DNA of 64,000 nucleotides from Torpedo marmorata (GCA_977017645.1 OZ360222.1:107508001-107572000), one strand, 5' to 3'. Shown: positions 11,189 to 22,700, counted from the stretch's first letter. Notes: generated by a model from the letters alone, not told the origin. Translations and numbers: made by a program.

Positions 11189-12890
11189 GAATTCTTCAGA
11201 GGAGCCCCGGGGCTCGCGTCCTCCTATCTCCGCTGCATCATGTGATCCCCTCCCTTGATCATCTTTGTACAACTGAATGTTTCCAAACTTCTTCCAAGAT
11301 GTATTAAAAAGCCAAACAGCAAAGTAAACTAAACAAAATGCATTGACAGTAAACACATAATTCAATCATACCAGCATTGTCTATGCAGTAAAACAATAGT
11401 GGGTACACCATAAACTGCTGTGTAATTGGCCAAAATAGATTCCAGGATAGTACAGTAGTTTGTAACAGGCATACCAGCACAGACATCAAATTACATATTC
11501 AGCCACAAATAAAGATCTACAAACAAAAATGATTAAGGCATTCAAAGACCAAAAGTGCAATTATAAAGGATATATTTTAGGATGAGTTTGTGAAATATTG
11601 TATTCATTTAAAATAAATTGCCATTAAAATTGCTTTCAATAATGTAGGTGTCAATTACTGAGAAAACAAATATCGCAGCCACCAAGGATTTTGAGTGATT
11701 TGATCGATTCCTTTTCAGCCATTGGTAGATTTGGCTGACTTTTTTTATTTGGCTGACTGTTTAATCTCAATTTGTTGTCAGTATTATTCATCAATTGGCC
11801 TTCATTGATAATTTTTACTTGTAAGTAGTTTACCTCTTCACTTTTAACTTACTATACATTTATGAATATAAAACACAAGTTCGAAGTAATCATGAAATAC
11901 AGAAAATTTGTGTGCATGTTCAAGAGTATGCCAAAATGATACATCTGAAGTGTTAGCGACCAAATAATGCCAGATGTATATTTTAATATTAAAATTTATA
12001 GCCTTGTACAAATGGAAATGAGAGTAAATAAATGTCAAAACAATCTTGCTTCAACCACTAAAGTGGCCATTAGAGTAAAAACATCAGTAAGGTAAATTTC
12101 CCCTTTAGGCTCACAGAATGCAGACATTATTAAAATAATTTCAGCATTTACACAGATGTACAATTGCAACTCCAAATTTCAAAGTCAGCTCATGTATTCT
12201 ATGTTGCTGCCCTATGCAGTACTTGGTAAATTTGGAAAAAAAAAAATTCTAATTATTCCACAAATAAAAACACCAAACTGACCAAGGTCTGGCAATATAC
12301 TGTAAATATGAAGACAACTCCAGAAACAGCATTTAAAGATGAATTATTCAATTGTTTTCATTGAGATGAATTTACTCAGGATTGATCATAATACATTACA
12401 ACAGTAAAAAAAAATGCATCAAAGAAACTTCACAGGTTGTAAAGTACTTTAGAACATACTCGGGTTGTGAAAGATGTGATACAAATGAAAATTTCTTTCT
12501 GTTCCACAATCTTTGGTTAATTCTTCATGTACAGCTCAGTCTGCTTGTTCAATATTAAAATGAGACAATAATACTTACACTTATACAGTGTTTTTATTAA
12601 ACAATAAATTATGTTACAGCACATCAAGCAACTGATTACTTTTTACATGTGGTGCCCATCAAGAAAAGCAAAGACATAATAAGCATGGTATAGCCAGAAA
12701 GAGGAAAACAGAAGGAATTAACATATCAGTAATTCTGCTCGTGTACATTCCTGCTGACTTGTCCTGAAAGCATAGGTGGGTCAACCTTCAGTTGAGTTAC
12801 TCACCCTCAGTTGCCTTTTTAATATCTGAACCTGACAGATTAGTAGGTGCAGGAGATAATAAGCAAGAAGCAATTTGAGATTTAAAATTA

Positions 12891-13911
12891 CCGTATTTCC
12901 CCAAAAAAATCGCCTCAAAAACCACCCCGGGTCTTATACGCGAAGGTGACATTTTGGTGCCGCCATTATGGTGCTGCCATTTTGGGCACTGAGTGGAGTC
13001 CAGGAAGCGGGCCCGCAGCTTCGCGTACCACCTTCCCTTGGGTGGCCCGTACTTTCTGGAGTCGCCGCCGCCGCTCACTTCCCCCGGTAAGAAGGCTCGC
13101 TCTCTCCCTCCTTCCCGCCCACTCTCTCCCTCCCGTTCGCTCTACCCGCCCGCCCGCTCACTCTCGCCCGTTCTCTCCCCGCCCGCTCTCGTCCGCTCTC
13201 TCCCTCCCGTTCGCTCTCCCCGCCCGCCTTCGCCCGCTCTCTCCCCGCCCGTTCGCTCTCCCCGCCCGCCTGCTCACCCGCTCCCTCCCCGCCCGTTTGC
13301 TCTCCCCGCCCGCTCGCTCTCGCCTGCTCTCTCCCCTCACGTTCGCTCTCACCAACAGTGCTTTGAGGGGAGCGCTGGGCCTCGATGATCAGCCTTTTTT
13401 GTTCAACGAGTACGGACCCTCGAGCAAATTGAATGAGGCGCGGGGTCGGGTGGCAGTGAGCGAGCGGCCTGTCAAGCTCAGCTCAACAGGCCGCCCGCTC
13501 GCTCACTGCCACCTGCGCCTCATTCAATCTGTTCGGGGGGCCGTGTGCATCGAACAAAGGCTCAGAGTGGAGCCTGATCACTGAAGCCCAGCGCTCCCCT
13601 CAAAGCAAGCGATCGATCGATTGTCTGCTCCCCACGACGGTGGGCCTGGGCCCTGCCCGTTGTCTTGGCTTCTCTCCCTCCCACCCTTGTGCGCCCGCAG
13701 GTCCCGGCACACCTGTTAATCAATTAGCGTTTGGACGGTGGGGGGGAAGCAGCCTGAGCCTCGGCGTGTGGCGGGCAGGAGGACGTGTTGCTGCTGTGAA
13801 GGTAAATACACAAACAATTTTTTCCTGAAATCTCATGCTAAAAATGGGGGATTCCTATATGCCGTCAAATATGGTAGTTTAAGAACGAATCCTATATGCC
13901 GTCAAATACGG
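12891..13911. mobile_element. Non-autonomous TcMar (Tc2/pogo-like) DNA element
   Basis: TA|CCGTATTT at the left end; AAATATGG|TA (13874) and AAATACGG|TA (13911) at the right. No transposase. Contains an internal C/T-rich minisatellite and a long palindrome. Confidence 0.7.
13095..13350. repeat. Pyrimidine-rich degenerate minisatellite (CTCTCCCCGCCCG-like units)
   Basis: Repeated ctctccccgcccg / ccgttcgctctc units are visible directly. Confidence 0.85.
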
Positions 13912-13922
13912 TAGTTTAAGAA
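13853..13922. repeat. 37-bp-period tandem duplication spanning the MITE right end
   Basis: TCCTATATGCCGTCAAATAYGGTAGTTTAAGAA at 13853 and 13890. Confidence 0.92.
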
Positions 13923-16094
13923 AGAATTGAAGAGCACTTTACACATTAAATAAAAATCATTTTCTAAACCCGAGGTGGTACTAATCAATCCCCAGCCATG
14001 GAGTTAAGGACAGTAAAAGTTGGGTTAAAGCCAATGGTCAAGTCTTATTTACCCCATTTATTTTGTACCCGATGACATTGAGGTTCAAAGAGAAGAATGC
14101 TTTCACTATTTCCTCAGAATTAATCAAGATCCATTCCTATGCTCCCACACCTTTCTTGGTCAGTTCCACTCACTAACTTAAGGCTTTGGACACAGAAAAT
14201 GGCATTTTTAAAACCTTAAATTGCAACATTTTCTTCTTCCCCAAAACATGCCCCAACATCTTGAGAAGCATAAAATGAACTCTACATCATCAGCACAGTT
14301 CATGCTGTGACAGTAATTTCAATGATAGTGGGCACTGTCAGTGGGGTGGAAAGAGCAATTTAAATTTCTCCTTTCACTTTTGTGAGCTTCTTGCATATGT
14401 GAACCTTGACCCATCATGGTGGAACTCCACTCAAAGAGACCAGACAGACAGAATGGTTCAGAGAATGAGGACAAGCAACACATTGATCCACATATTAACA
14501 CAGGAGAAAATACTGTCAGTACAAAGACAAACAGTTCCATTTAAATGAACAAGTACCTAGACAGCTTGGGGCAAGACAAGGGTTAGAATTTTAGAAAATA
14601 AAAGCAATTCTTTGGAAGTTTACACTACATTTATTCCTTTTAAATAAATCTGGTTAATAAAATACCATAATAAATACACAATTCCGATAGAACTTTATAA
14701 AACACCCCCAATAATCATCGACAGTATTTATGGCGTGGGTTTCTTTCTCTCCTTCTGCCAGACAGCCAACAGAACACAGCGCAAGTTCTATAGTTTTCTG
14801 TGCAAAAGCAGGTTTCAGTGAAGTTCCTGAATGCAGCTTTGGAATTGGCATAAAAACTTGTGGTGCCAAAGGTGTGAGGTGACCTTCAATTTGCTTTGCA
14901 GCAGGGTGGAAGACAATCAACTCTGAGCCAGACACATAAATTTAAACACAATGATTTTACCGGTTTGGAGATTGGCAAAAGCAGGACCCGTTTGAAACAG
15001 GAGGGCAATTTCTTTTATCATCCTCATCAAATTGCATGCCGCGACTTCAAAAACATGCAACAATAAACATAATCCAGGCATCACTTTTTCTAACTGGCTG
15101 CCCTATTAGAGAGCTATGACAGGCGTAGCGATAACAGTCTACCGCACAATAAACTGCATGGAACATCTTCACAATTTTTTTTAATATACATTTTGGCAAA
15201 CAGATAATGCTGTGCCTTCAGTGGTTTCATTCAGTCAGAAGAGCTGAAAGGTGTGTTGTTTTTCTTTGAAAGTATTTTAGGCGGGCTGTAGTGCAGGAGT
15301 ACGCCTGTTCACCAAGAAACACAAACTGAGCCAACCAAAAGCCTGAAGCTTGGGCAGCAATAAGAGCACATGATTACTGGCCAAGTGTTCACTCCTCAAA
15401 GTTCCCCCACTCCCCCCTCTGGCCTTTTAATAGCTGGGAAAAGCTAGTGCAAAATTTTTAACTCTGATTTTAGGACAGTCATTCCTATTGAGAAAGTAAG
15501 CACTTAAGTGAGCACAGGGAAAGTAGCCAGAAGCACTTGCTTATGGAAAAGAACAGGCTTTATTGAGAAGATCAGAAAGTTTAGACCAAACAATCCAGAG
15601 CTCAAAAGAATTGTGAAACTCGGAAGAACATATTAATACGAGGCCACTCTGACTTAAACATAATATTACTGACAGCAGAACAACATCAGTGCTTGGCTCT
15701 GAAGACACAACATTAACACTTAAAACAATAAGCTATCGGATGAAATAATTTTAATCATGCTACATCCCAGTTTGTAGGATTAACAAGCTTCCTGCTCACA
15801 CATGTCCTCCACGTGAAACGATCTACAAACAGGGATAGTGGGTTTATATATTGCTAACTTGAAACGCTGATGTTCAAAAAGCTGCACCATTTTAGTTGCA
15901 ATTCTGAATTATTTAAAAAAGATGAACCTGGATCTTGAAATTACTTCCTCTCTTTAATCAATAAAATTTTAGTTCCACATTCCCAGCTGTGGGACAAGGT
16001 CTGGGATATTTTACTAGTAATCATTCTTCAGTCTCGAGAGGCCACAGGAACATGCAAAATCCCAGTCACATTTTGTAGTAATAAAGTGTGTACC

Positions 16095-16760
16095 GAACAT
16101 AGAACAGTACAGCACAGGAACAGGCCCTTCGGCCTACATGCCTGTGCTGAACATTATGACCAAATCAAACTAAAACTGCTGCTTGCACTTGATAGATATC
16201 CCTCCGTCCCCTTCAATTCATGAGTCTATCCAGAAGCCTCTTAAATACTACTATAGTATATGCTTCTACCACGACACAGGCAGCCCGTTCCAGGCACCCA
16301 CTATTCTGTGCTAAAACCTTGCTCCGCACATCTCACACAGTACATTTACTCCCCCTCACCTTGAATGCAAGTCCTCTGGTGTGTGACACTTTGATCCTGG
16401 GGAGAAGATTCTAACAGTCCACCCTATCAATGTCTCTCATGATTTTATTAAATTCTATCAGATCACCCCTCAGCCTCCAAAGATGCAGAGAAAACAACCC
16501 AAGTTTGTCCAACTTCTCCCCATAACTCATACTCTCTAAACATGGTAAAATCCTGGTAAACCTCTTCTGTATCCTTTCCAAAGCCTCCATATCCTTCCTG
16601 TAATGGAACAACCAGAATTACACACTGTATTCCAAATGCAGCCTAACCAAGCTTTTGCAAAGCGACTCCCTTCTTTTTGTTCTCAATGCTGATCCAATGA
16701 AGGCAAGCATACCATTCACCTTCTTTATCACCTGATCCCTCTGCACATCAGATATCCTCT
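16095..16760 (-). mobile_element. CR1-clade LINE 3' fragment
   Basis: ORF 16411..16611 reads YRKDMEALERIQKRFTRILP...LGLFSL..RLRGDLIE, followed by the CR1 3' tail (GGCCGAAGGGCCTGTTCCTGTGCTGTACTGTTCTATGTTC). Confidence 0.88.
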
Positions 16761-16859
16761 TAAAAAGGGGAAAAAACCTCATGAAATACTGTTAGTCCAC
16801 CTCTACCAATCATCTTCAATTGAAGTCTATACCTTGGTTTACAAACTGTGGGATATAAC

Positions 16860-17005
16860 TTAATCGAGTATAGCCTTATAGCGGAGTCAAGGGATATGGG
16901 GAGAAGGCAGGAACGAGGTACTGATAGTAGATAATCAGCCATGATCACAGTGAATGGCGGTGCTGGCTCGAAGGGCTGAATGGCCTACTCCTATTGTCTA
17001 TTAAC
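16860..17005 (+). mobile_element. CR1-type 3' end (second family)
   Basis: AAGGGATATGGGGAGAAGGCAGG...GCTCGAAGGGCTGAATGGCCTACTCC is a CR1-type 3' stem-loop tail. Confidence 0.7.
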
Positions 17006-17130
17006 GCTTCATTGAAATTTAAAATGATAACCATCACCTGAAAATATAGTATAAAATGACAATTGGTAAACTGGTAACATAGAACCCCTTTAAATAGATC
17101 CCAGATAGTTTGCTTTACGCTTGTGATATC

Positions 17131-17980
17131 AAAAAAATGGCGGTGCTGCCAGAGCCGGTGTAGCGGCAGCACTGCCGCTGGTGTGGACCTGCGGGGAGCT
17201 AGGGAGCAGAGATACAGCGCTCCCGCGGGGTCCAGCCGCCCAGTCGACTGCCGTCGGTTCCGCAGGGGCTTTGAACGGCCCTTGAGGGAGCCAACGGTGG
17301 TCTTATTTAAGATCCCGCGACCACGGGGTCTGCGCCCAAGATGGCAGTGCCTTTTAACCGGCAGCAGCCACGAGGGGCTGCAGATTTCAGGGAAGCGGAG
17401 GACTGGAGCAGGGCACCAGAGGACGGGAAGATCACCCCCCCCATCTGAGAAGGAGAAGCGGAGGAGACGACCCACAGGATGGTGACCACGGCGGCGGACC
17501 AGTGAGGGGCTCTGAGGCTGAAGGACCAGTGAATGCGGCGGGCTGCTGGCGACTCGAGGCGAGGAACCCGCGGAGGCTGTGGGCTGCTGGAGACTGCTGT
17601 CAGGGGACTCACGCCGGGCTGCGGACTGCTGGAGGCTGGCTCGAACTGGCTGGAGGAGTACCAGGTATCGGAACCGGGATGCGAGAAGGTGCCGAGGGCG
17701 CCGTGACCGTGTCGGAGGTTCGGATCCGGAGCTCCGGTTGCCGATGGTTTGGACTGGACTCTGTGTGGCTGCGGAGGCTGCAGAAGCACTGGAGGCGAAT
17801 CTACGGACACACGGTGACTCTGGGGGGGACTCTCTTTTGCTTCTCTTTCTCTGACTGTAAGAGGCGCTTAGGCAATTTCTGCCAGTGGTGAATCTGTCTG
17901 CCTTGCAGCAGGCAAAAAGAAATTTCATGTAATATGACACTGTTTTATTACTATGACAATAAATTGAATCTTGATTTTGA
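17131..17980 (+). mobile_element. GC/CpG-rich non-coding retroposon with a Rex1/Babar-like 3' tail
   Basis: Sharp GC-rich block in AT-rich flanks. Ends in AATCTGTCTGCCTT...AATTTCATGTA...TGACAATAAATTGAATCTTGA. No protein motif in any frame. Confidence 0.65.
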
Positions 17981-18524
17981 ATGGATTTCTTTTTTTGTCT
18001 TACAATGAAAAATACCCACTATGACTAAAATCTTAAACTCAGCTTTAAAGTATTTTTTTTAAGAAATAAACAGCAATTGTCAGTTTTTTTTTAATACAAA
18101 TTATATTTAATTTTTAAAAGTTCATTTGAATATGATATTAAACATCCAACATTATTTCAAGCCCTCAGGGTCCAACGTGAGCAGATGCACAAAGTTCAGT
18201 ACAGTATTGCATTGCTACATGTGGCCAATTCAGAAAATACAAGTTTGAACTTTGCTTTTTTTTTCCACTCTGGAATCATTCAACATAACAGTTCTTATTT
18301 CAGTGCAATTGCCTAAATTAATAGAAATCTCAGCAGCAGCAAATAAAGATCTCTCTCCAAATCTTCCTGCTGTCTCCTTCCTCCATTTGGCAGTCACAGA
18401 GAATACTGGCATGGCCGAGTGCCATTTCTTACAATCAATCATCTAAATATGCTCCTAGGATGAGATGCATGAATTCAGGTATGTCTCATTCATCTGCACT
18501 CTACTCCAAAGCTGACATTTGTTA

Positions 18525-18762
18525 ATACCAATAGCCTAAATACGACTGGGATTGTCTGATCTCGGAAGCTAAGCAGGCACAAGACTGGTCAGTACTTGGA
18601 GGGGAGACCGCCAAGAAACATCAGGTGCTGTAGGTTTCTGTAAGGGGCGCTGGACAAAGTAGCGACAATCTGTCTGCCTTACAGTAAACAAAAATTAAAG
18701 AATTTCATGTATGTTACATTCTAAATGTAGTATTACGTGACAATAATGAAACCTTTACCTTT
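18525..18762 (+). mobile_element. 5S rRNA-derived SINE (SINE3-type), copy 2, more complete
   Basis: GTCTGATCTCGGAAGCTAAGCAGG..CTGGTCAGTACTTGGAGGGGAGACCGCC..GGTGCTGTAGG covers 5S box A, the intermediate element and box C. Same body as copy 1, ending in (ACCTTT)2. Confidence 0.88.
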
Positions 18763-19404
18763 ATTCATAGTCAAAATGGATCTCTTTTTTTCCCCTCATT
18801 GTGCACAATTCCTAACATTCAAATCACTAATTCCATTTGTTCAATGGCAGAGATTGTCAGTAATGGTGCAATGAGCCATGTCTTATTCATAAGTTACTAA
18901 CTTTTTAAAAATAATGATTTTAATTTAAAATTTATTTTTGAGGCTCTCTCCTCAATCCAAGCGTGTGTATGACAACAGCCTGGAAAACTAATCCCATGCC
19001 ATGAAATGGTGAGGAAATAGGGATTTGACTAAGTGGACATGGGCAACAAAATTCTCCACATGACCAACTTTGAAAATAATGACCTCCCTCACTCATACCT
19101 TAGACCTTTAAATTCACACTGATGGATTTTCTTTACAAAATAAAATTATTAAATTTGTGTAATTTCAGCAACACACCACCACAATCCCCAACAATTACTT
19201 CCAGTACAGTCATCAGTATCAGCAATCGAAAGCACTGCAACTGCTCACATTTTAATAAAAGCATCTAATTATGCTGGTTTACCAAATAATTGAGCCTTCA
19301 TTTGAAATTCAGGACATTAGACCTCTGAAGCAAGTAAAATCAATCTGTCGAACTACTTCAGATTGGCTTCTGCTAACTGGCTGGTATGATGGCACATTGT
19401 TGCT

Positions 19405-19700
19405 GAGGACAGCACTGTGGTTAGTGCTATTTCCATGCAGCTCCAGTGACCTTGGTTTGATCCTGCTTTCCAGTGCTGTTTGCGTGGAGTTTGCATGTTC
19501 TCTCTGTGACCTTGTAGATTCAGTGTTGATGTTCCACTTTCTTCCCACATTCCAATGACATGCTGATTGATCAGTTGATTGGCTTTTGTAAATTACCCCT
19601 TGTGTGGGTGGGTGGTAGTTAATAAGCAAGTGAGCATTCGTTACAGGTAAATAAATATGGGAATAGGATTGGTCAGAGACTTGATGGGCTCAATGGCATC
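19405..19700 (+). mobile_element. Old tRNA-derived V-SINE (HE1-like)
   Basis: Degenerate A box (TGGTTAGTG) and B box (GGTTTGATCC), V-domain core GTGGAGTTTGCATGTTCTC, and a CR1-like tail GACTTGATGGGC. Confidence 0.75.
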
Positions 19701-22700
19701 CAATGTCCTAATGATCGACAAAAGAACCACAAATAAGATTTAAGAAGAAACCATGAGCGTGCTCAACACTTTAAAACTCATGGCTATGTCACAAAGGTAG
19801 ATTCAAAAAAATACCTGGTCTAGTGGCTAGAAATACTGGGGAAAATTACATCAGAATAAATTCACAGCTGCAAATTATACATATTCTAAAAGCAGTGGTG
19901 CAATAATGATATCTACCCTACTGAATACTGAATCGTGGCTTTTGGGGTAAATGAAAAAGCAGCTTTCTCAAGAAGTCTTTAGTATAAATATTTTAGAGGC
20001 ATAGCTTCAGAAGAACTGTCAGTTCCACGCTGGAGTATTGATTAGGTTTTCAGCTGTGAACCAGAGGCATTTCCTTCCATTCTTAGCAGCCCATTACACT
20101 GATCAGAGAACAACCCCCCTCCAAAAAAAAAAGCACTTTTCCATAAAACGATTAATATCATTGTTGTGCGGTTCACACCAATACACCAAAAGTAAGCTGC
20201 AATGAAAATATTCAATGTGTGAAGGCACTCATAAATTATACAAGAACAGCATTAACATATTCTGAGGAAACATTTTTTTTTAAAGAAAAAGGAATGACCT
20301 ACAACAGACATGATGCATTGTGACAGAAATAAAATGCTGGAGAACTGCTCTTTGTACTGGGAGCTCATCATCGAGTACCAGAATAGTTAGCACTCAGAGT
20401 ACTGTAAATTATCACTCGTCAAGGCCATTGATTTTCTGTGTATTATTTCTTTGAGATCAGAGGAACAATACAGCCTTACTAACACCTTATCAGCAGCTTC
20501 ACCATTCACAAGACTGGGGTCTGAACTGCCAGCACCAGCTCTTTTAGATTTTTTTCACCCCTTTTTCCCTCAGTCTTGTGTCCATCATTTACAATGCATC
20601 CTTTTGTCCTCGTATCCCCCTCCCTTTGCTGTCACATCACGTTTCTAGACACCACGTGTGGATTAGTTTGCAGATGATTTCTATAGGGCAAGTTCAACCT
20701 CTCCTATTTATGAAAGACTCTCAAGTTAATTTGCTTGCACAAACACCAAACCCCGCTCTCTTTTCTCTCCCCCCTCTCTCTGCGCACCACCCCTTGCCAC
20801 AACCACCACCCCCCTCTGTCCAGAGCCCTCGGGTTACTGGCATTATCACAAGTCTTTACAACGCAAGCCAGGAAAGACGATAAGAGCCCGCCCGCAAGGC
20901 CAGGCAGACCAGTCTCAACTGGTTCTCAAGATAAAAATTGAGCCGTGTCGGCTTTTTACCCCCTGAGCCAAAAGACCCAGGAGCATTAATGCTGTCAGCA
21001 GGTTAAAAAAAACTGCTCGATGACTATGACACTCTCATCAAAAGTCTGGAGCCAAGCCAAGTTCATATATGTTAATGGACAGCCATCATCAGGGCCTCCA
21101 ATCTTCTCCCCTCCCCCACTAGAAGCTCCTCCACCCTGCAGGTCTACTCTTCTACCCCTCAGCTCCTAAAAGCTAGACATAGATTATGTCTGCCTTTCCC
21201 TTTCTATTCGGGATAAACAAAGTGCTTCAAGTTCAGGGCACACCCTGGGACCTATGACAAAGCAATCTATCATTCTGTCTGCTAAACCAGTCTGGCTGCA
21301 CCAAGGCTAAAGAGACTAATGGTTCAAATGTACAATTTCCCTTTGTGCTGCTGCCCCAGTGCTGCTAACCCCTTTTCTTTCTCGTCTTCAGACGAGCAGA
21401 TGTGCTTGACCGCTCTGCATAAGCCCCTCCCGGCCAAGTTCAGTTTAATAAAAAGCTGAAGAGGAGGAAAAGCACAAAGCTATATTAAATAAAAAGAAAG
21501 TGACTGTTCTCTTTCCCTGCTTGAAAAAAGTTTTTTTTTTTTAAATCCATGTGTCCGGAATGAAAGTACCCCGGTAATTTCTAAATGACAGGATTTTAAA
21601 AGCTGCTACTGGTGATGCCGAAAAGAACAGGGTCAAGGAAACGGCAAATAAATTATTACAGGATGCCCTTACCTACTTTAACTGTTTCACTTGTGGCAAA
21701 AAGGTTTGGAAAACATTTCTGTTAGAACTTCCTTTGCTAGAAAAAGCTTTCAAGCTGCTTTTCATCTTGGCCCCTTGCAAATAGTCGTGTGCTCACATCA
21801 CACATCCCTAATTCTGTTTGTCTCTGTGTACATTAGACATTTTTAAAGTACTTCATTTTGCTCTTTATCACCTGTATCTCTGCACATTTAAGGCAGCATC
21901 AGGTTTAGATTGATCTTTAATAAATCTACTCTGGGGGTGGTTTATTTCAGATAAACTATTTTCTGTGCTGGTGTGCACAGATTGGTTCATTAACAGCTCA
22001 TGCAGTGAGCTGAATCCATTCACGTCTGCACAGGGAAACCAATTCAGATTGATCTGAAATAGTGAAATTACCATGGGGAGCTTACAGCCAAACGAGTCGG
22101 ACTCAAGCTGTCAATAAGCTGATTTATTAAAGACCAATTCAAACCGATGTCGCTATTCACGCAGCCTTTGAGCAGCGACACCCATCGACTCTCCCAACCC
22201 CACACTTCTGCATTGCCAGTATCTGATGTGAACTCATCATCACCAAAAATTAGCCAGATTGCAACTCAAACTTTTGAAGGGATTATTAGAAAAGCCCCCA
22301 CTATTAGACTGTCCATTATTACTCACATGCCTGTACTAGGTTGTATTCCATTTTCATTTCTTGTGAGGAAAGGCACAAAGCTGCAATGCATTGGAGGACA
22401 GAACAACTCTCCAATGTTTACTTTGCACAAGCTGATTTCTCTTCCCTGTGTGTAAATTATAAACCACAACCAGAGAGAGTGAAACAGTTGAAAATGGGTT
22501 AATATCAACTATAACAGAATATTTTAACTTAAGCAAAGGCAGCTAACGAAGAGAAAGAAAGAAATCCCAAATAAGTGCAGCATACTATATAGTCAGCTGC
22601 TCGGGGTGGGGGGGGGGGGGGGAATTATGTTCAATGCTTGCATCTTGGATGATTTCTGTTCAATCCAAATAGTAAGGGCAGGTACATTTGTTCTCTATAT

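Larger units (their letters stand above)
5368..11251 (-). mobile_element. Full-length but mutated L1-clade LINE with a 15-bp TSD
   Basis: TSD CCCTTGATCATCTTT at 5353-5367 and 11252-11266. Poly(A) and AATAAA (5386-5381) at the 3' end. ORF1 and ORF2 remnants are in order. Confidence 0.93.

Noticed and set aside
13450-13512. AAV ITR-like text (CAGTGAGCGAGCG / CGCTCGCTCACTG)
   Set aside because: Only a 13-nt resemblance, arm polarity is opposite to the AAV hairpin, and there is no rep/cap remnant. Explained by the MITE-internal palindrome.
12946-13584. 212-aa and overlapping Pro/Arg/Ser-rich ORFs
   Set aside because: Translations of a stop-poor GC-rich minisatellite and palindrome; no domain.
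16945-17940. 331-aa minus-strand ORF
   Set aside because: Low-complexity Ser/Arg/Pro text antisense to a GC-rich retroposon, crossing unrelated repeat boundaries; no recognisable motif.
18525-18640. Functional 5S rRNA gene (also 9307-9392)
   Set aside because: The 5' end is missing or diverged, there is no oligo-T terminator, both copies continue into a shared non-5S tail, and one is inserted in an L1. This fits a SINE.
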